Positions 1 through 13,314 of a DNA stretch of 64,000 bases are shown one piece after another (the stretch's first letter is position 1; every line of letters begins with the position of its first letter). The DNA comes from Octopus vulgaris (lineage: Eukaryota). The translations under genes and the position numbers were made by a program. Below the pieces are notes generated by a model that saw only the letters and a list, made by a program, of their open reading frames with translations, was not told the origin of the DNA and ran no database searches. The stretch lies in contig OX597819.1 of assembly GCA_951406725.2 (NCBI GenBank), positions 93,372,001 to 93,436,000 on the forward strand, read 5' to 3'.

Positions 1-443
1 ATCTCATTATACACGCTGGGTTTCGTTTTGCTTGTTATATCTATTTTCTTTTTGTTTGTTTTTTTTAATGGTGTCGTGCTATGCTATTAAGCGCAGATCC
101 AGAAACCTCCATACCTCGTTAGTGCTTTCAAGTTTTATTTCCATCCGTATTTGTTTTCTATTTATGTTTTGTAAAGCACTCCAATTTTACCAACATAATT
201 AGTTTACGATATAATTGAAAAACAACTTATGCGCGATCGCGTTAACTGCTAGAAGTAGCGAGCAAATCTGCTATAAATTAAAGGTACTGCTTTATAAAAG
301 ATACGTTACATTATATAGTTCTAGAGTCACAATACCGAAAAAATTACAGGACAGTTGCGGTCGGATTGTCTTTGATCAGAGCTCAGTTTGATTGATCAAG
401 ACTGACCTGAAACTGAACAACAACACCAGCAAGAGCAACAGCT

Positions 444-750
444 GGAGGCGCAATGGCCCAGTGGTAAGGGCAGCGGACTCGCGGTCGGAGGATCGCGGTT
501 TCGATTCCCAGACGTGTGTGTTTATTGAGCGAAAACACCTTAAGCTCCACGAGGCTCCGGAAGGGGTGGTGGCGACCCCTGTTGTACTCTTTCGCTCCAA
601 CTTTCTCTCACTTTTTCTTCCTGTTTCTTCCTGTTTCTTGTCTGGGGTTGACCTGCTTTCTCTTCTGGGGGTCTTACGAATAGCAAAAGACCACGTTTTG
701 GACTTCTACCATTAGGGACGAAGACCGCTTCGCTCAACAAACAAACAAGC
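444..750 (+). mobile_element. tRNA-derived SINE (tRNA-Arg-like head, V-like body family)
   Basis: A box TGGCCCAGTGG, arm GCGGACTCGCGGTCG and B box GGTTTCGATTCC, followed by GTGTGTGTTTATTGAGCGAAAACACCTTAAGCTCCAC and a (CAAA)n tail. Clearly homologous to the copy at 60817-61118. Confidence 0.8.
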
Positions 751-894
751 AGCAGCAACACATTAATTCCTTTATGCATTGGTTCCCGTTCAAGTTTGAA
801 CGACGTCGACATTCATCTTTCGTTATGGCAGGGTTTAGATCATTTAAATGCGTGCCAACCAGTAACTAGGCTTTAGTTACACCTTAAACGTTGG

Positions 895-1200
895 AATAGC
901 TGAGTGGTTAAGAAGCTCATTTTTCAACCATGCGGTTTCAGGTTCAGTCCTGCTGAGTAAATTTTTGGATAAAAGTTTTTGCTGTAGCCCCTGACCGGAC
1001 AGTGTCTTGTGAGTGAATTTGGTTAACGGAAACTGGTTTACGAAGACCATCTTGTGCATATATATTTATATGTATATATGTGTGTGTCTATCTGTCTTTG
1101 TGTTTGTTTGCCAATGCCCCAGCACCACTTGACAACTGCTGTTGGTTTGTTTACGTCCACGCATGAAACCGACTGATGCAATAAGTACCAGGCTCAAAAT
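895..1200 (+). mobile_element. Degenerate CORE-like SINE (octopus OR-like family)
   Basis: Diverged match to the family consensus GCTGTGTGGTAAGAAGCTTGC...TTGTGAGTGGATTTGGTAGACGGAAACTG...AATAAGTACTAGGC seen in many copies in this window. Confidence 0.7.
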
Positions 1201-1555
1201 AGGGTAACTCATCCCACCACCCTGCTCCCTCGCACTGTTGTCACTATACCCCCCAATCGCCCCCTCTCCACTGCCGAGCGCTCTCTCCTCAGTAGGGGAC
1301 TCCGCTTCACGCCTCTCACGCGTCACTGCGACGAATTTGAAGCTTTCAAAATGTGACCGCGTGTGTACCGTTGGCAATTTTTTTTCCTCCGTCTTCCCTT
1401 CTCTGGATCTTCCCTTTTCCTATGTTTCTGACGAAGAGCTCCGCTCGAAACGTAAAACCCTCCTTCTTCCCTTCCTGAGCGTCCAGTAATACTATATTTG
1501 TTCCACGTCCTCGCGTTGTGTTTTCTCTTGGTGTTTTCATGTTTGGATTAACTTT
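1201..1555 (+). mobile_element. Penelope-like element (Neptune-type) 3' pLTR fragment
   Basis: Pyrimidine-rich segment containing a minimal HHR (1424-1458), then TTCCTGAGCG...TAATAC, which is shared with 44000-44190 and 47827-48855. Ends in a (TA)n tract. Confidence 0.7.
1424..1458 (+). ncRNA. Minimal type-I hammerhead ribozyme
   Basis: GUUU-CUGACGA-A-GAGC(UCC)GCUC-GAAA-C-GUA-AAAC. Perfect stem I GUUU/AAAC, canonical core, 4-bp stem II, palindromic ACGU stem III, GUA cleavage triplet. Confidence 0.8.
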
Positions 1556-1652
1556 ATATATATATATATATATATAAATATATATACGTATATACGTATG
1601 TGTGTGTATATATATATATATAAACATGTATGTATTTGTGTGTGTGTGTGTG

Positions 1653-1949
1653 GGAAGGCGCATGGCTTAGTGGTTAGGGGGGTTGCACTGACATTTGCGA
1701 GATTGTGGATTTGATTTCCAGACTAGGTGTTGCGTTATATTCTTGCGCAAAGTACTTCCTTTCACGTTGCTCTGCGATCATTTCGTCATCTGACACGTGG
1801 CACACAGTGCACCTGTACAGGTAATGTTGATTTGGTGGAGGGTGTGAGCTTATGTGTACACAAACATTTGATCTTGATAAACAAAAAATCTGTGTGGTTC
1901 TTTAGTAAGACATTCTTCAACCCTCATACATCGTCTAACGACGGGAGAG

Positions 1950-1952
<3 letters not shown>
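1653..1952 (+). mobile_element. tRNA-derived SINE (Ceph-like family, degenerate)
   Basis: GGCGCATGGCTTAGTGGTTAG A box, degenerate B box, and 3' GTCTAACGACGGGAG resembling the end of 28165-28490. Confidence 0.6.
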
Positions 1953-1988
<36 letters not shown>

Positions 1989-2232
1989 ATATGTACGCAT
2001 AACTATATATATATGTATATATGTACGCATAACTATATATATGCATACACATGTATGTATGTACGCATGAATGCATACATGTATAAGTATCAGCGTGTGT
2101 GTATGAATATATATATATGTACGCATAAATAAATATATATATATATATACATGCATATGTATGTATGTACGCATGAATGCATACATGTATATGTATCAGC
2201 GTGTGTGTATGAATATATATATATGTGTACGC

Positions 2233-2269
<37 letters not shown>

Positions 2270-2327
2270 CACATGTATGTATGTACGCATGAATGCATAC
2301 ATGTATATGTATCAGCGTGTGTGTATG

Positions 2328-2391
<64 letters not shown>

Positions 2392-2410
2392 GCATATAGA
2401 TATATACACA
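1953..2410. repeat. Compound microsatellite with higher-order ~110-120 bp repeat
   Basis: Three copies of ATGTATGTACGCATGAATGCATACATGTATAxGTATCAGCGTGTGTGTATGA separated by (TA)n. Confidence 0.85.
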
Positions 2411-2706
2411 CACAAATTCACATACATGTGTGTACATCATAATGCACATGCATACTTCTGTATATACATTATGAGCTCCCTATTTTAAAGCCAGTAATGT
2501 ATAATTTCAAATTTCCAGATTTACTTGTTATTCTTTGCAAGTTGAGTGACCGCGTTGAACACTGGTGGGTGGAAAGAGAATCCTCGCCTGCGGCTCAATT
2601 TTGAAACCGTCCTCTGTTGATATCCTTAATTGTAAAATAGATACCGTTTATGCCTTAAGACGAAAACATTCATTTAATATAAACACTGTACAAATTTCAT
2701 CATCGT

Positions 2707-3600
2707 GGCGGTGAGTAGACAGAATCGTTACCACGTCGGATAAATGCTAAACGGCATTTCTCCCTATCTTGCGTTCTAAGTTCTCATTCCACCGAGGTCG
2801 ACTTTGCCTTTTATCTTGTCAGGATCGATAAAATAAGTACCGGTTGAGCGCTGGGGGGTTAATGTAATCGACTTATCCTTCCCCTTTGACATTGCTGGTC
2901 TAGTGCCAAATTTTAAAATCATTAATTAAATAATTGAATTACAAGCACGTAGAGTGATTCGAATTGAATATTGCTAATGGTATTATTTACCAGTCATAAA
3001 GCGGTGAGCTTTCAAAATCGTTAGCGGCATTTCGTCCGTCGTTACGTTCGGAGTTCAAATTCCGCCGAGGTCGACTTTGCCTTTCATTCTTTTGGGGTCG
3101 ATAAATTAAGTACCTATGAAACACTGAGGTTGATGTAGTCGACTAGTCCCCTCCCCGCCTCACCCAAATGTCAGGCCTTTAGTAGAAAGGATTAGTTAGC
3201 AGTCATAAGGCGGTGAGTTGGCAGACTCGTTAGCACTTCGAGCAAAATGCTTAGCGGCATTTCGTCCGCCGTTACGTTTTGAGTTCAAATACTCAGGAGG
3301 TTGACTTTGACTTTTATCCTTTCAGGATCGATAAAATAAGTACACTTTGAACACTGGCGACGATGTAATCGACTAATCCTCTTGTCCAAAATTTCAGGCC
3401 TTTTTACCTAGAGCAGAAAGGATTATTTACCAGTCTTATAAGGAATCAGTTGGCCGAGTTGTCTGAGTGTCGAAAAAAAGAGAATTGTTTTGTAGTATTT
3501 CTTCCGGAACTTTATAATCTGAGGTTCGAATTTCGCCGAGGTTAGCTTTGCTTTTTACCCAACTGGAAGATGAAAATCAGTACCAGTCACGTACTGGACA
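2707..3600 (+). mobile_element. Cluster of four Meta-domain-like tRNA SINE copies
   Basis: Repeated GGCGGTGAG..GCAGAATCGTTAGC...GTTCAAATTCCGCCGAGGTCGACTTTGCCTTTCATCCTTTCGGGGTCGATAAAATAAGTACCAG starting near 2707, 3000, 3208 and 3450. Confidence 0.85.
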
Positions 3601-3653
3601 ATTTTGTGTAAATCAGAACATTATTATTAATCAAGGACTCGGAATCATTTTCC

Positions 3654-3696
<43 letters not shown>

Positions 3697-4744
3697 GAAA
3701 GATAGACAAATAAATGGATATAAACAGAAAAAAATCAAAATCAACTAATTCTCGCCTGATTATTATTCAAATGCTGATGCCAACCGGTTCGAAGCCTAAG
3801 TAAAACAAGAAACAAGTGTGGCATTGAACTCAGTGCTAGCAATCTCTTCTCATTAAAAAACAAAAACAACAGCTTGCTACATAAGCTGCCCAAATAAACC
3901 AAACACCTCTGTATCCTAATGGCAGGAGACGGTCTAAGGGCTATAAGCATTAAAGCCTCTGGCAGTCTCCAGTGTCTCCGAGAATTTGCAAAATGTACAG
4001 TGCGAACAGCATAATAATATAGTCAGTAACGTGATGATAAAAATGAAGATTATATTATGACGGAGACATTAATATCTTCATCAATATTCAAGTGGCTTTC
4101 TTCGTAAGTCGTCTGAATCGGTAACGGCGTAATGAATATAAACAGACACAAACAGAAAGAAGCATCAGTGAGATTAAGACGACGGCTCTTATATAGTTGT
4201 TTCTCAAGCTAGAAATACCAGCCAAAATTCTCCCCCAGTTGTGTCCTCTACAATCTTAATAAGTGAGTGATAGATACTGAATGCTCAAGACAATGATGGC
4301 TCAAGACAATGATGAATGATATAACGCTTTTGAGCAGAGACCTGTTTTCTCAGCAACAAGAGCATGCTTTCCATTTGTTTTCTAACGTAGACAACGAATA
4401 ACAGATTTCCAGACAGAACTGTGTAACTGATTAAATCAAACTCATTGCGTGATTTCTTTGTTTTGTCGAATCTCGGACAACAACAAAAAAAGAATAATAA
4501 GTCAGCCCTGGCAGGATTTGAACTCAAAAAGTAACTTCCATTTTTTCTGCGCTCTCGAGTTACAAAAAGGCTCCTTCTGACTTCCGTGCCAAGCGCCGTG
4601 TGGGTGTCATGAAGTTTTGAGAGAGAACAACATAGCGGTTACTTGTTACCAACCTAAGAGTAATTTTGTGTAAAATACTATCGAACTGATACAATAAGGA
4701 CAAGAATGGTTTTAGAGCTAACGCAATTAGAAAGATGAAAGTAA

Positions 4745-5415
4745 CGCAAAGTCGACCTCGGTGGAATTTGAACTCAAAACGAAAAGCCGAAAGAAAGACA
4801 TGCCGTTAAGTATTTTGTCCGACGTGCTGACGATTCGGCTTATTCAACTAATAATAATGATTTCAAATTTTGGCACAAGGACAGCAATTTTGGGTGAAGA
4901 GATAAGTCGATCAGATCGACCCCACTTCTTGACTGGTACTTATTTTGTCGATTTAATGCTAACGATTTTGCCAGCTCACTGCTTTATTCAATTAATAATG
5001 ATGATATCTAACAAGGATGCATAATCACATTTTGATGGGAAGGACACTGTCAATTACATAGGACTTAGTATTTGATTAGTACTTTAATTTATCGACCCAA
5101 GAAAGATAAAAGGCAAAGATGACGTCGGTAGGTCTCGAACTCAAAGCGTTAATGAAACGATTCTGCCGATCTGCCGCCTCCTCCATCTTTCGAAATGTTG
5201 CTTTCACGCACAGATACAAGATCTCAGATCTGAGAGAAGGGATACAGTCGATTATATCAACCAACTACTGGATGGTTCTTTATTATATCAACCCTGAGAG
5301 GGTAAAATCAAAGCTGACTTCGATGAAACTTGAACTTAAAATGTAAGGAGATTTTTATTTTTATTTTATTTAATTTATTTTTTTTTTTTGTCCTACCCTT
5401 AAACGATTCTGCCAA
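4745..5415 (-). mobile_element. Degenerate Meta-like SINE fragments
   Basis: Reverse-strand AAAGTCGACCTCGGTGGAATTTGAACTC and CTGGTACTTATTTTGTCGA motifs. Confidence 0.65.
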
Positions 5416-6404
5416 TCCTACCCAACACTCTTCTGAAGTATCAAAACCTTAGCGCTATTATCCCACCTCCGCCACTTAACACTGCCTCTATCACTAAGAT
5501 ATATTTTAAAATAAAATCTTAGCATATCACTGTGGATAAAAGGAAAACCTCATGCATGGTCCATTCATGCTCACCCTGCCTTTTAAGGTAAACAGACCAG
5601 TCATGGAAATGAAGAGATATGCAGGAGTGGAGGTGTTACCTCACTTTTCAGCAAAGGGAGAGGTTCTTATAGCGTCTATACCCCCTTCCTTCCTAACTTC
5701 AGTCTCACAGATCATAATACAAGCCCATTTTATTTTCCAAAACCCATTTCATTTTCATCATAGAATCAGACATAAAGGCTAATACAAAATTCCCTAGATC
5801 CTGAATAAATACTAACAGCTTAAAAATACAGGCAGAGAGCTGTTATGTCGTCGACGTCGTCGTCGTCGTTCAAGCTGCTAGAAATAACTAACAAACGATC
5901 CTCAAATGACAACTGTTTGCACACTCTTCACTTTCTACGGCAGTGGACTATATACTGAAAATACGAATGGCTGCGTAACTTCTAAATTGAATTCAACTAA
6001 TTAAACGGTAACACCTTGAAATCCAAGCAAGGATTACAAATTAAAGGATTGTGCTTCCGATCTTACTCATTATCTATGCAAAAAGAAAACAGAAGGAACT
6101 GGGCCACGTGGTAAGAATGGCATCTCAAAGATTTATTTCAGCAGACACTCCCCACTGAAAGAATATGTACTAATGTAAAGATAAATGTCAAGAAGACACG
6201 GGGTGGCCAGCTCTGGGTGATGTGATCTGATCTCAGTTACACAAGTAGGTAGCAGGGTTAGACTAAGACAACGCCTTGGGGGAAGGTACTCGTAATGAAT
6301 GAGGTGTGTGATATTCAGCGGTGTTTTAACCTGATACACACTGGGTGTTCCAGCGAGACAATATGAATGAATAATATACATGCCAAACGCACTGACAATC
6401 CTCA

Positions 6405-7100
6405 TACACAAATATGTGTATGTGTATGTAGATATGTGTGCGTATATACATATATATGTGTGCGTATATGTATATATATATGTGTCTGTGTGTGTGTGTG
6501 TAAATATGTGTGTGTGTGTGTGTGTAAATATATGTGTGTATATATATATATTTATATGCATATATTTATATGCATATATTCGTATATATATTTATGCATA
6601 TATGCATACGTATATATATCTGTGTGTATGTATGTATATATGCATATATATATGTATGTATGTATGTATATATGCATATATATATGTATGTATGCATATA
6701 TGCTTATATATATGTATGTATATATGTATGTATGTATGTATATATGCATATATATATGTATGTATGCATATATGCTTATATATATGTATGTATATATGCA
6801 TATATATGTATGTATGCATGTATGCATATATGCTTATGTATATATGTATGTATATATGTATGTATATATGTGTGTATATATATATATGTATATATGTATA
6901 TATTTGTATGTATAAATGCATATATATATATATATATATATGCATACATATAAATATATCTGCATATATATGGAAATATGTGTAGTGTATACATACATAT
7001 CTATATACACATACATACGCATATATGTGTATATACATGTCTATTCGTGTATGTTATATATATATATATATATATATATAATGTACACGCAAACACACAC

Positions 7101-7133
<33 letters not shown>

Positions 7134-7165
7134 ATGTACACGCAAACACACACATATATATATAC
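6405..7165. repeat. (TA)n/(TG)n/(TATG)n compound microsatellite
   Basis: Directly visible. It is the source of many spurious Y/I/M/C/V-rich ORFs. Confidence 0.95.
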
Positions 7166-7166
7166 A

Positions 7167-7534
7167 CTAGCAGTATCGCCCGGCGTTGCTCAAGTTTGTA
7201 AGGGAAATAACTATAAAGCATTTTTAGAGAGTTATAGCCAAAAAATAGCCAAGAAATGGAAAAAAAATTATGGTAAATTTTTTTTGAGAGTTAAAAAAGG
7301 TCGAGTTGCGTCCCCTAGACAGTCTGTGGTTTGTGTTTCTGATTCTCGACCCCATGTCGAATTTATCGATTTTTTTCAGAACTGGTGGAACTTTACAAAA
7401 TTTTCGCTGTGTTTGTTTTGAATTATGACATTGGGCTATGTGTGTGTCAAGTTTCATCAGAATCGGTCGAAAGCAGTGGTCAGGGTGAGGGTACAACCAA
7501 ACAGACACACAGAAACACACACAGACAAACTGCC

Positions 7535-7540
<6 letters not shown>
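7167..7540 (-). mobile_element. Non-autonomous Helitron
   Basis: Minus strand ends ...GAGCAACGCCGGGCGATACTG-CTAG|T (subterminal hairpin plus CTAG). The other end is TATATAAACGGCAGTTTGTCTGTGTG, and the interior has CCGATTCTGATGAAACTTG. No TSD. Confidence 0.75.
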
Positions 7541-7569
<29 letters not shown>

Positions 7570-7579
7570 GTACACGCAA

Positions 7580-7630
<51 letters not shown>

Positions 7631-7681
7631 GTACACACAAACACACATATATATATATATATAATGTACACGCAAACACAC

Positions 7682-7724
<43 letters not shown>

Positions 7725-7826
7725 GTACACGCAAACACACACACACATATGTATATATATATATATATATTGTGTGCACATACACACACACACACGCATA
7801 TATATTTACTTACATATGCAAACGAC

Positions 7827-8003
7827 TTGCTAGAAACAGCAGCCAAATTTCCTTCAAATCACATCTTACTGCTTTAAGAAAAAAACATGTTGCCTAATGT
7901 GGTCATGAGTTCCTTGCACACGTCGGAAATAGATAGGATGGATGGTCACGGCAGGAATGTATTTGATCATAGAACAGCCAGGATCTGGGATTAAACAACA
8001 GCA
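7827..8003 (+). repeat. Old dispersed repeat family (core GCTAGAAATAGCAGCCAAAT)
   Basis: The same core or the tail (GATCATAG...GGG(C)TAAACAACAAC) recurs at about 245-425, 4208, 5875 and 28600-28740, and in reverse at about 25045, 25665, 32435 and 33437. Confidence 0.65.
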
Positions 8004-8333
8004 ACAATCAAAAGTGTAACATATGTGTGTGTGTGTGTGTGTGAAAGTGTATGAGTGTGTGTGTTTGTGAATGTATGTCTGTATAATAGGGTGGTGGTAG
8101 TGGTGGTGGTCGCTGTCACCGTTATGACCATGGTTACGATGATGATGGTGACTGTGTCCATTGCGTCAGTCTTCTTTGAAGTATAATTAATTCCACAGTA
8201 ACAGTTAATTCCTGTAATTTGTCGCTGATGACAGAGAACACCGTAAGGATGAGACCAGACTCTGCATAGTAATAATAATAATAAGAAGAAGAAGAAGAAT
8301 GATAATAGTAAAAATATCAATGATAATAATAAT

Positions 8334-8706
8334 AAGAGCACTCAGAGAGGGCAAACCTCCGCCAAGGCAACACCATCGTCCTCTCAACGATTAGCCGAAG
8401 ATGATTTTTTAAAATGAGAATATCTGAAATAAATTCGACTGCTTTCACAAACGAGAATACTAAAAATTAATCCGACCGCTCTCAAAGATTAAGTAGAAAA
8501 ACAGGAAAAATAATCCAAAATCCTTGTCCGGTATCGAATCGATCCCCAAATCTAATCAGTTCGTGCCAGTCACGAGGCTAAACATCTCTGAAAATTTCAT
8601 CCAAATCCATTCAGCGGTTCTTGAGATATCTTGTCCAAGGGCAAACAGACAAACAAACAAACGCGACTGAAAACAATACCCTTGCCTTCGCTAAGTCGGA
8701 GGTATT
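8334..8706 (-). mobile_element. Helentron-type non-autonomous element (HINE/DINE-1-like)
   Basis: Subterminal inverted repeats ACCTCCGCCAAGG (near 8354) and AAGTCGGAGGT (near 8700), a terminal stem-loop GCACTCAGAGAGGGC, and an internal CAAA/CAGA microsatellite. Confidence 0.65.
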
Positions 8707-9897
8707 AAGGAAGATGTCCGTATTTGGTTGTGCAGCATTAGCCATGCGGTTAGTTAAGAAGTTTTGTTTTCTCACCTACGCGAATCAGGTTTCAAATCCA
8801 CTTTCAAAAGCTCGTTTTTATCATAGTCTCGAGTCAATTAAAGTCTTGCGAATGAAATTTGGATGGCAGAAATTCTGTGTAAGTTCCTCTGAATGATTGT
8901 TCTTGAGTCGTTACCTGAAAGGGGAAGACGAGGAATTTGATGTTCTCGTACGGGGTTCTACCTTCTCCTATAGGGAAAAGAAATATAATTTCTCAGACGA
9001 AGATTCAGCTCCGAAACATAAACTTATTTAAATTCATGAAATTCAGTATACAGTTTGACATCGATAACCCAAACATGACGGGCGGGGAGCATTTTATTCG
9101 ATAATCCATTGCTCGGATAAATGAGATGATCGTAAAGAAAGTGAAGCTATACGGATCAGAATTTACGTAAAAAGAGAAAATGGTAAAATATATTGAGAGA
9201 TTTTGTCTTTTAGACGATAAAATGTTGTGCTCTCGCGCAATCAGTAGTACCTTTCCACCACGATCCGGTCTCTGTAAAATTCTTATTTTTCTTTTCGATT
9301 CTCAATGGTGATCACTTTCTCTCCACAGACATGGTAAGAGCATCAAACTTGATTACTTGTAACGGATACGTAGTGAGATCAAAGTAGTAGTGCGATGAAT
9401 GCACAACTGATTTTGCCTTACATTTACATCCTTCAGCATGACAGCCATTTTTGTGTTAAAATTGCTTTAAGGACCAACTGAGATCAAATTGGTGGCCTGA
9501 TCGATAACTGTAAACAATTGGTGGCGCTTTGATAACTGTAAACAAAGGAATTGATGACACGACCGTCGCAAGAGTGTCAGTTATACATCTTTGAGGTATC
9601 AGATTTACTTAATAAATTCAATTATTCCAAGTTATTTTTTGCTATTGTAAACAAAAAACGAAGTGCTTGCACCGGTATTACACTCAAGTTGGGTTACAGG
9701 CAATATGGCTGATTAAGTATAAACGGGACTTTGAGATTTTAATCTGAAATTCATATAATTAATATTTGGCTTACCATAGTTATACAGACTAAGTCCATAT
9801 AATTATTGCTGACACTAACAAGTACTAGTTCCTTTGTTTTTATGATTTTTTAAAGTGTAACTTATTCATTATTATATACGATTATAAATATGATAGA

Positions 9898-10095
9898 AGG
9901 TGCCGAGCTGGCAGAATCCTTCGCAACATTTCGTCCGCTTTTACGTTCTGAGTTCGAATTCCGCCAAAGTTAACTTTGCTTTTTATTCTTTCAGAGTCAA
10001 AAGAATAAGTACCAGTTAAGCACCAGGGTCAATGTAATCAACTAACATTCTTCCCAAAATTTTTCAGACTTTGTGCCTATACTAGGAAGGTTTAT
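9898..10095 (+). mobile_element. Meta-like SINE
   Basis: GGTGCCGAGCTGGCAGAATC...GTTCGAATTCCGCC...AATAAGTACCAG. Confidence 0.75.
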
Positions 10096-10649
10096 ACTTA
10101 CAATAGGAGTAAAAGTGGTCGGATGGTTAACAAGTTAGTTTCGCAACCAAGAGACTACAAGTTCAATCTCACTGTATAACATTTTGCGCAAGCATCTTCT
10201 AACATATTCTTAAGTCTACTCAAGTTTTGCGAGTGAACATCTTAGGAAACGGGATATGTTTGGAAGCCCGTCGTATGAGAATGGACTATAGCTATATTTC
10301 AATGAACCAGTCTTTTCACATGTCACACAGTCTTTTCGAGAATTCCACTAAGAGTATCTGCATCTGTAAAATATTCAGCCACTAAAATGTTTAATTTGAT
10401 AAGTAGTTGTTCTTTACAGCGAACAATTGGAACACTCGTCGTCGAATACGACGGGGAATTATTCACATAGACAATTATTCACTATACAAAATTAATAAAC
10501 GAACATTGAAATATTAGTCTTATTTTTCTCTATCTTGTGATGCATGTGATTGGTGTACCTTTATCAGGCGAGCAGTCGTGATGGGTATAATGGGCTTCAT
10601 ATATTTGTTCCCTAGTGTCACTTTGATGGCATGCACGACTCCCTTACTC

Positions 10650-10683
<34 letters not shown>

Positions 10684-10699
10684 TCACATTTCTTCTCAA

Positions 10700-10885
10700 A
10701 TTTGTGGAGAGGGGTCTAGTTGATTGCATCGACTCCGTTGTTTCACTGGTACTTAATTTATTGACCCCGAAAGGATGAAAGGTAAAGTCGATCTCTGCGG
10801 AATTTGAACTCAGAATGTAGCGATGGACGGAATACCGCTAAGCATTTCGTCCACAGTGCTTATGATTCTGCCAGCTCGCCGCCTG
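10700..10885 (-). mobile_element. Meta-like SINE
   Basis: CTGGTACTTAATTTATTGACCCCGAAAGGATGAAAGG...CTGCCAGCTCGCCGCC. Confidence 0.85.
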
Positions 10886-10924
10886 AATAATAATAATAAT
10901 GATGACGATGATGATGATGAAGGA

Positions 10925-11202
10925 CTCTATCGGCGATGACGTATGCGTGTTCAGCTTTTGCTGAAGACCTGCACAAATTATTTGTTTATGGTGATCAAAT
11001 GTACAGGTTGCACATTAGCTTACTCCGTCCATCAAATCGACGCTGCTGGAACAGGTACACGGTGCGTCACGGATGGATCAGGTGTCGAAGTGATCGCAGA
11101 GCAACGCGAGATGAAATGTTTTGGTCAAGAACACAACGCACCAGCTGATCCAAGAAACGAAACCACGATCTCGTTATCGTGAGTACAACTCCCTAACCGC
11201 TA
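10925..11202 (-). mobile_element. tRNA-derived SINE (Ceph-like, degenerate)
   Basis: Reverse-strand tRNA head (TAGCGGTTAGGGAG...GGTTTCGTTTC) followed by GTGTTCTTGACCAAAACATTTCATCTC. Confidence 0.55.
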
Positions 11203-11853
11203 AATGGATATAAAGACACAAATTTTTATCGGGAGATGTTAGTCAATTAAAATCAGTCACCAGTACTTAACTGATATTTTATTTTATCGGCTCCAGAGAA
11301 ATGAAAGCAAGGTTGACCTCAACAAAGATTGAATTCGGACGGTAAAAGAGCATCACTAAACACTGAAAGTCATTTAGTCCGACGCTTTACCAATTCAACC
11401 ATCTACTATTTCCTTTGACACATGCACACATACAAGATACTTATAAAGGAATTTGTATGCTTGAGTAAGTTGACTCACAGCGGACACTTATTTTATCGAT
11501 CATAGAAAGCCAAAAGACAACCTCTCTTTAGATTCGAACGTAGACCCTTAAAGTACGTTCTTAAATACCACAAGTCATTTTGTCTAGAGTTCTACTGATT
11601 TTGCCACCCACCGCATCGTTTATGTCAGTGTAGAGTAAATTATATCTTCAATTTTAATATAACCTTGGTTGTTCTTTGAAAAGATAATGACGACGATGAT
11701 GATGACGACTGATAACTTTATTTATTCCTCTCGCCAGTCTCGGGTGTCCTCGAAGATGCTGTAATTGCTACTGTTATTACTCTGACTTAGCTATGAAAAA
11801 AAGATTACGATAAAAGAAAAAATAGTTAAACACACACAAGCATACACATACAC

Positions 11854-11886
<33 letters not shown>

Positions 11887-12063
11887 TACATACGCACACG
11901 TATTCACACTTAAATATAAGAAAATGTTAACATTTTTGTACTATAATTGTCAGGGACAAGTACCTCTGACAAAGAAATTATAGGAAATCGGTGTGTCCTT
12001 TTTTAAGGAAATTTGATGCCCTTTTACCGGCTTGTGATAGAATTTTGGATGAACCTGAAGGTT

Positions 12064-12830
12064 TATGACAGACACTAAACGTGAATTATTTTTTCCTGTC
12101 GTTCCCATTTAGTTCAATAAAAATAATGTCTCATCGGAAACATGACTTTTCTTACTGCTGCTGCGTCTATCATAACTGCTTATTAAAACACATGAGATAA
12201 CTGCTTATTCAAACAATAATGTGACTGAGGTTCTTGGCATTCTCAGCTTGATCAATCGTTAACATTTGGTTGCAAAACAAATGAGAGGGTTACTACAAGA
12301 TACCCTTGTCATTGTGGCGATAGCAGTCAACTTTATCAAATCGAATGCACTTCAAGTTCTTTTTGAGGAAATTTGCGACAAAATTGACGGAAACTTTGAA
12401 AGTCAATTGATGCATACAGCAGTGCGATGATTATCAAAAGATAATTGTCTTTGTTGCTTTGTGGAACTTTTGGACAATATTGTTCCATTTCTAAATAATA
12501 AGTAACTTTATGAACAGCTGATTGCTGCCAGATGTAATATATTTTATCTCCCAGACATATTTCAGAAGCTTAATTTTCTGATCAAACAGTTATAAGGAGA
12601 AAATGATAATCTAATAACTCGCAAAGAGACTATTAATGCTTTCATTGAAAAACTCAAGCTATTCAGAAATAATTATAGGATGTCGAGAGTTGGTGCAGTT
12701 TCTGACTGTGTTCATAGAATCTGAATTGAAAGTTGATAATATTTTCATTTGTTGAGCCTTTTAAGTATTAGTACAAGTGATATGAAAGTTCGGTTCAGCG
12801 ACTTACTCGAGACGAATATTTCAGAATACT
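12064..12830 (+). pseudogene. Fossil hAT transposase (Buster/Charlie/SCAND3-like)
   Basis: Manual translation across stops and frameshifts gives HLVAKQMRGLLQDTLVIVAIAVNFIKSNAL...LFEEICDK...LMHTAVR*LSKDNCL (cf. HTEVRWLSKG), IFYLPDIFQKLNFLIKQL*G...INAFIEKLKLF (cf. YLADIF.KLN.LN..LQG) and DMKVRFSDLL. Confidence 0.8.
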
Positions 12831-13314
12831 ATGCTTGTAATAAACCTCTTCTGTCACCTTCTTCTTGCGACGGACGCAATATCTTTCAGAGTTGATAATA
12901 CCTGGAATCGTTGATGTCTGCTGGGCTGTGAAGGTTTACGCTCTAACCCAACTTAAAAAGTACTAACAGCACCACGATTCATTTGGAATTCTCAGTCGTC
13001 GTCTCTTGCTGGGAGAAGCCTTTGAGCCATCTGTGTCAGTCAACTGAATTCAGTATTTGATGGAGACATATTTTTGTTACATCCAGTAAAATGAAAGATC
13101 CTCGAAAGCATTTGAACTCCAAACGTAAAGAACGTAACTACAGCAGCTCTAACGGTCCTGCCAGTTTACCAGTCATCAGCAAAATGGTGAAACGGAACTA
13201 AAGTTTTACAAATTTTCAAAGGAGAAACTATCTCAAATTTATGAGTTTTTAAAATTTAAAGATCCCTAGTTTGTAAAAGATAACAGGACTTTGAATTATT
13301 CTGCATCTATTGAC

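Noticed and set aside
444-512. tRNA-Arg-like sequence (also 61045-61118)
   Set aside because: It is a SINE head: it continues into a SINE body, has no intact acceptor stem, and the second copy has TSDs.
5700-5820. Weak resemblance to a PLE reverse-transcriptase segment (F.IE...FLDL.I)
   Set aside because: Requires frameshifts and is too short to support without a search.
8987-9023. CAGACGA...CGAAACATA hammerhead-like remnant
   Set aside because: Core, stem II and stem III are all mutated, so it is not supportable.
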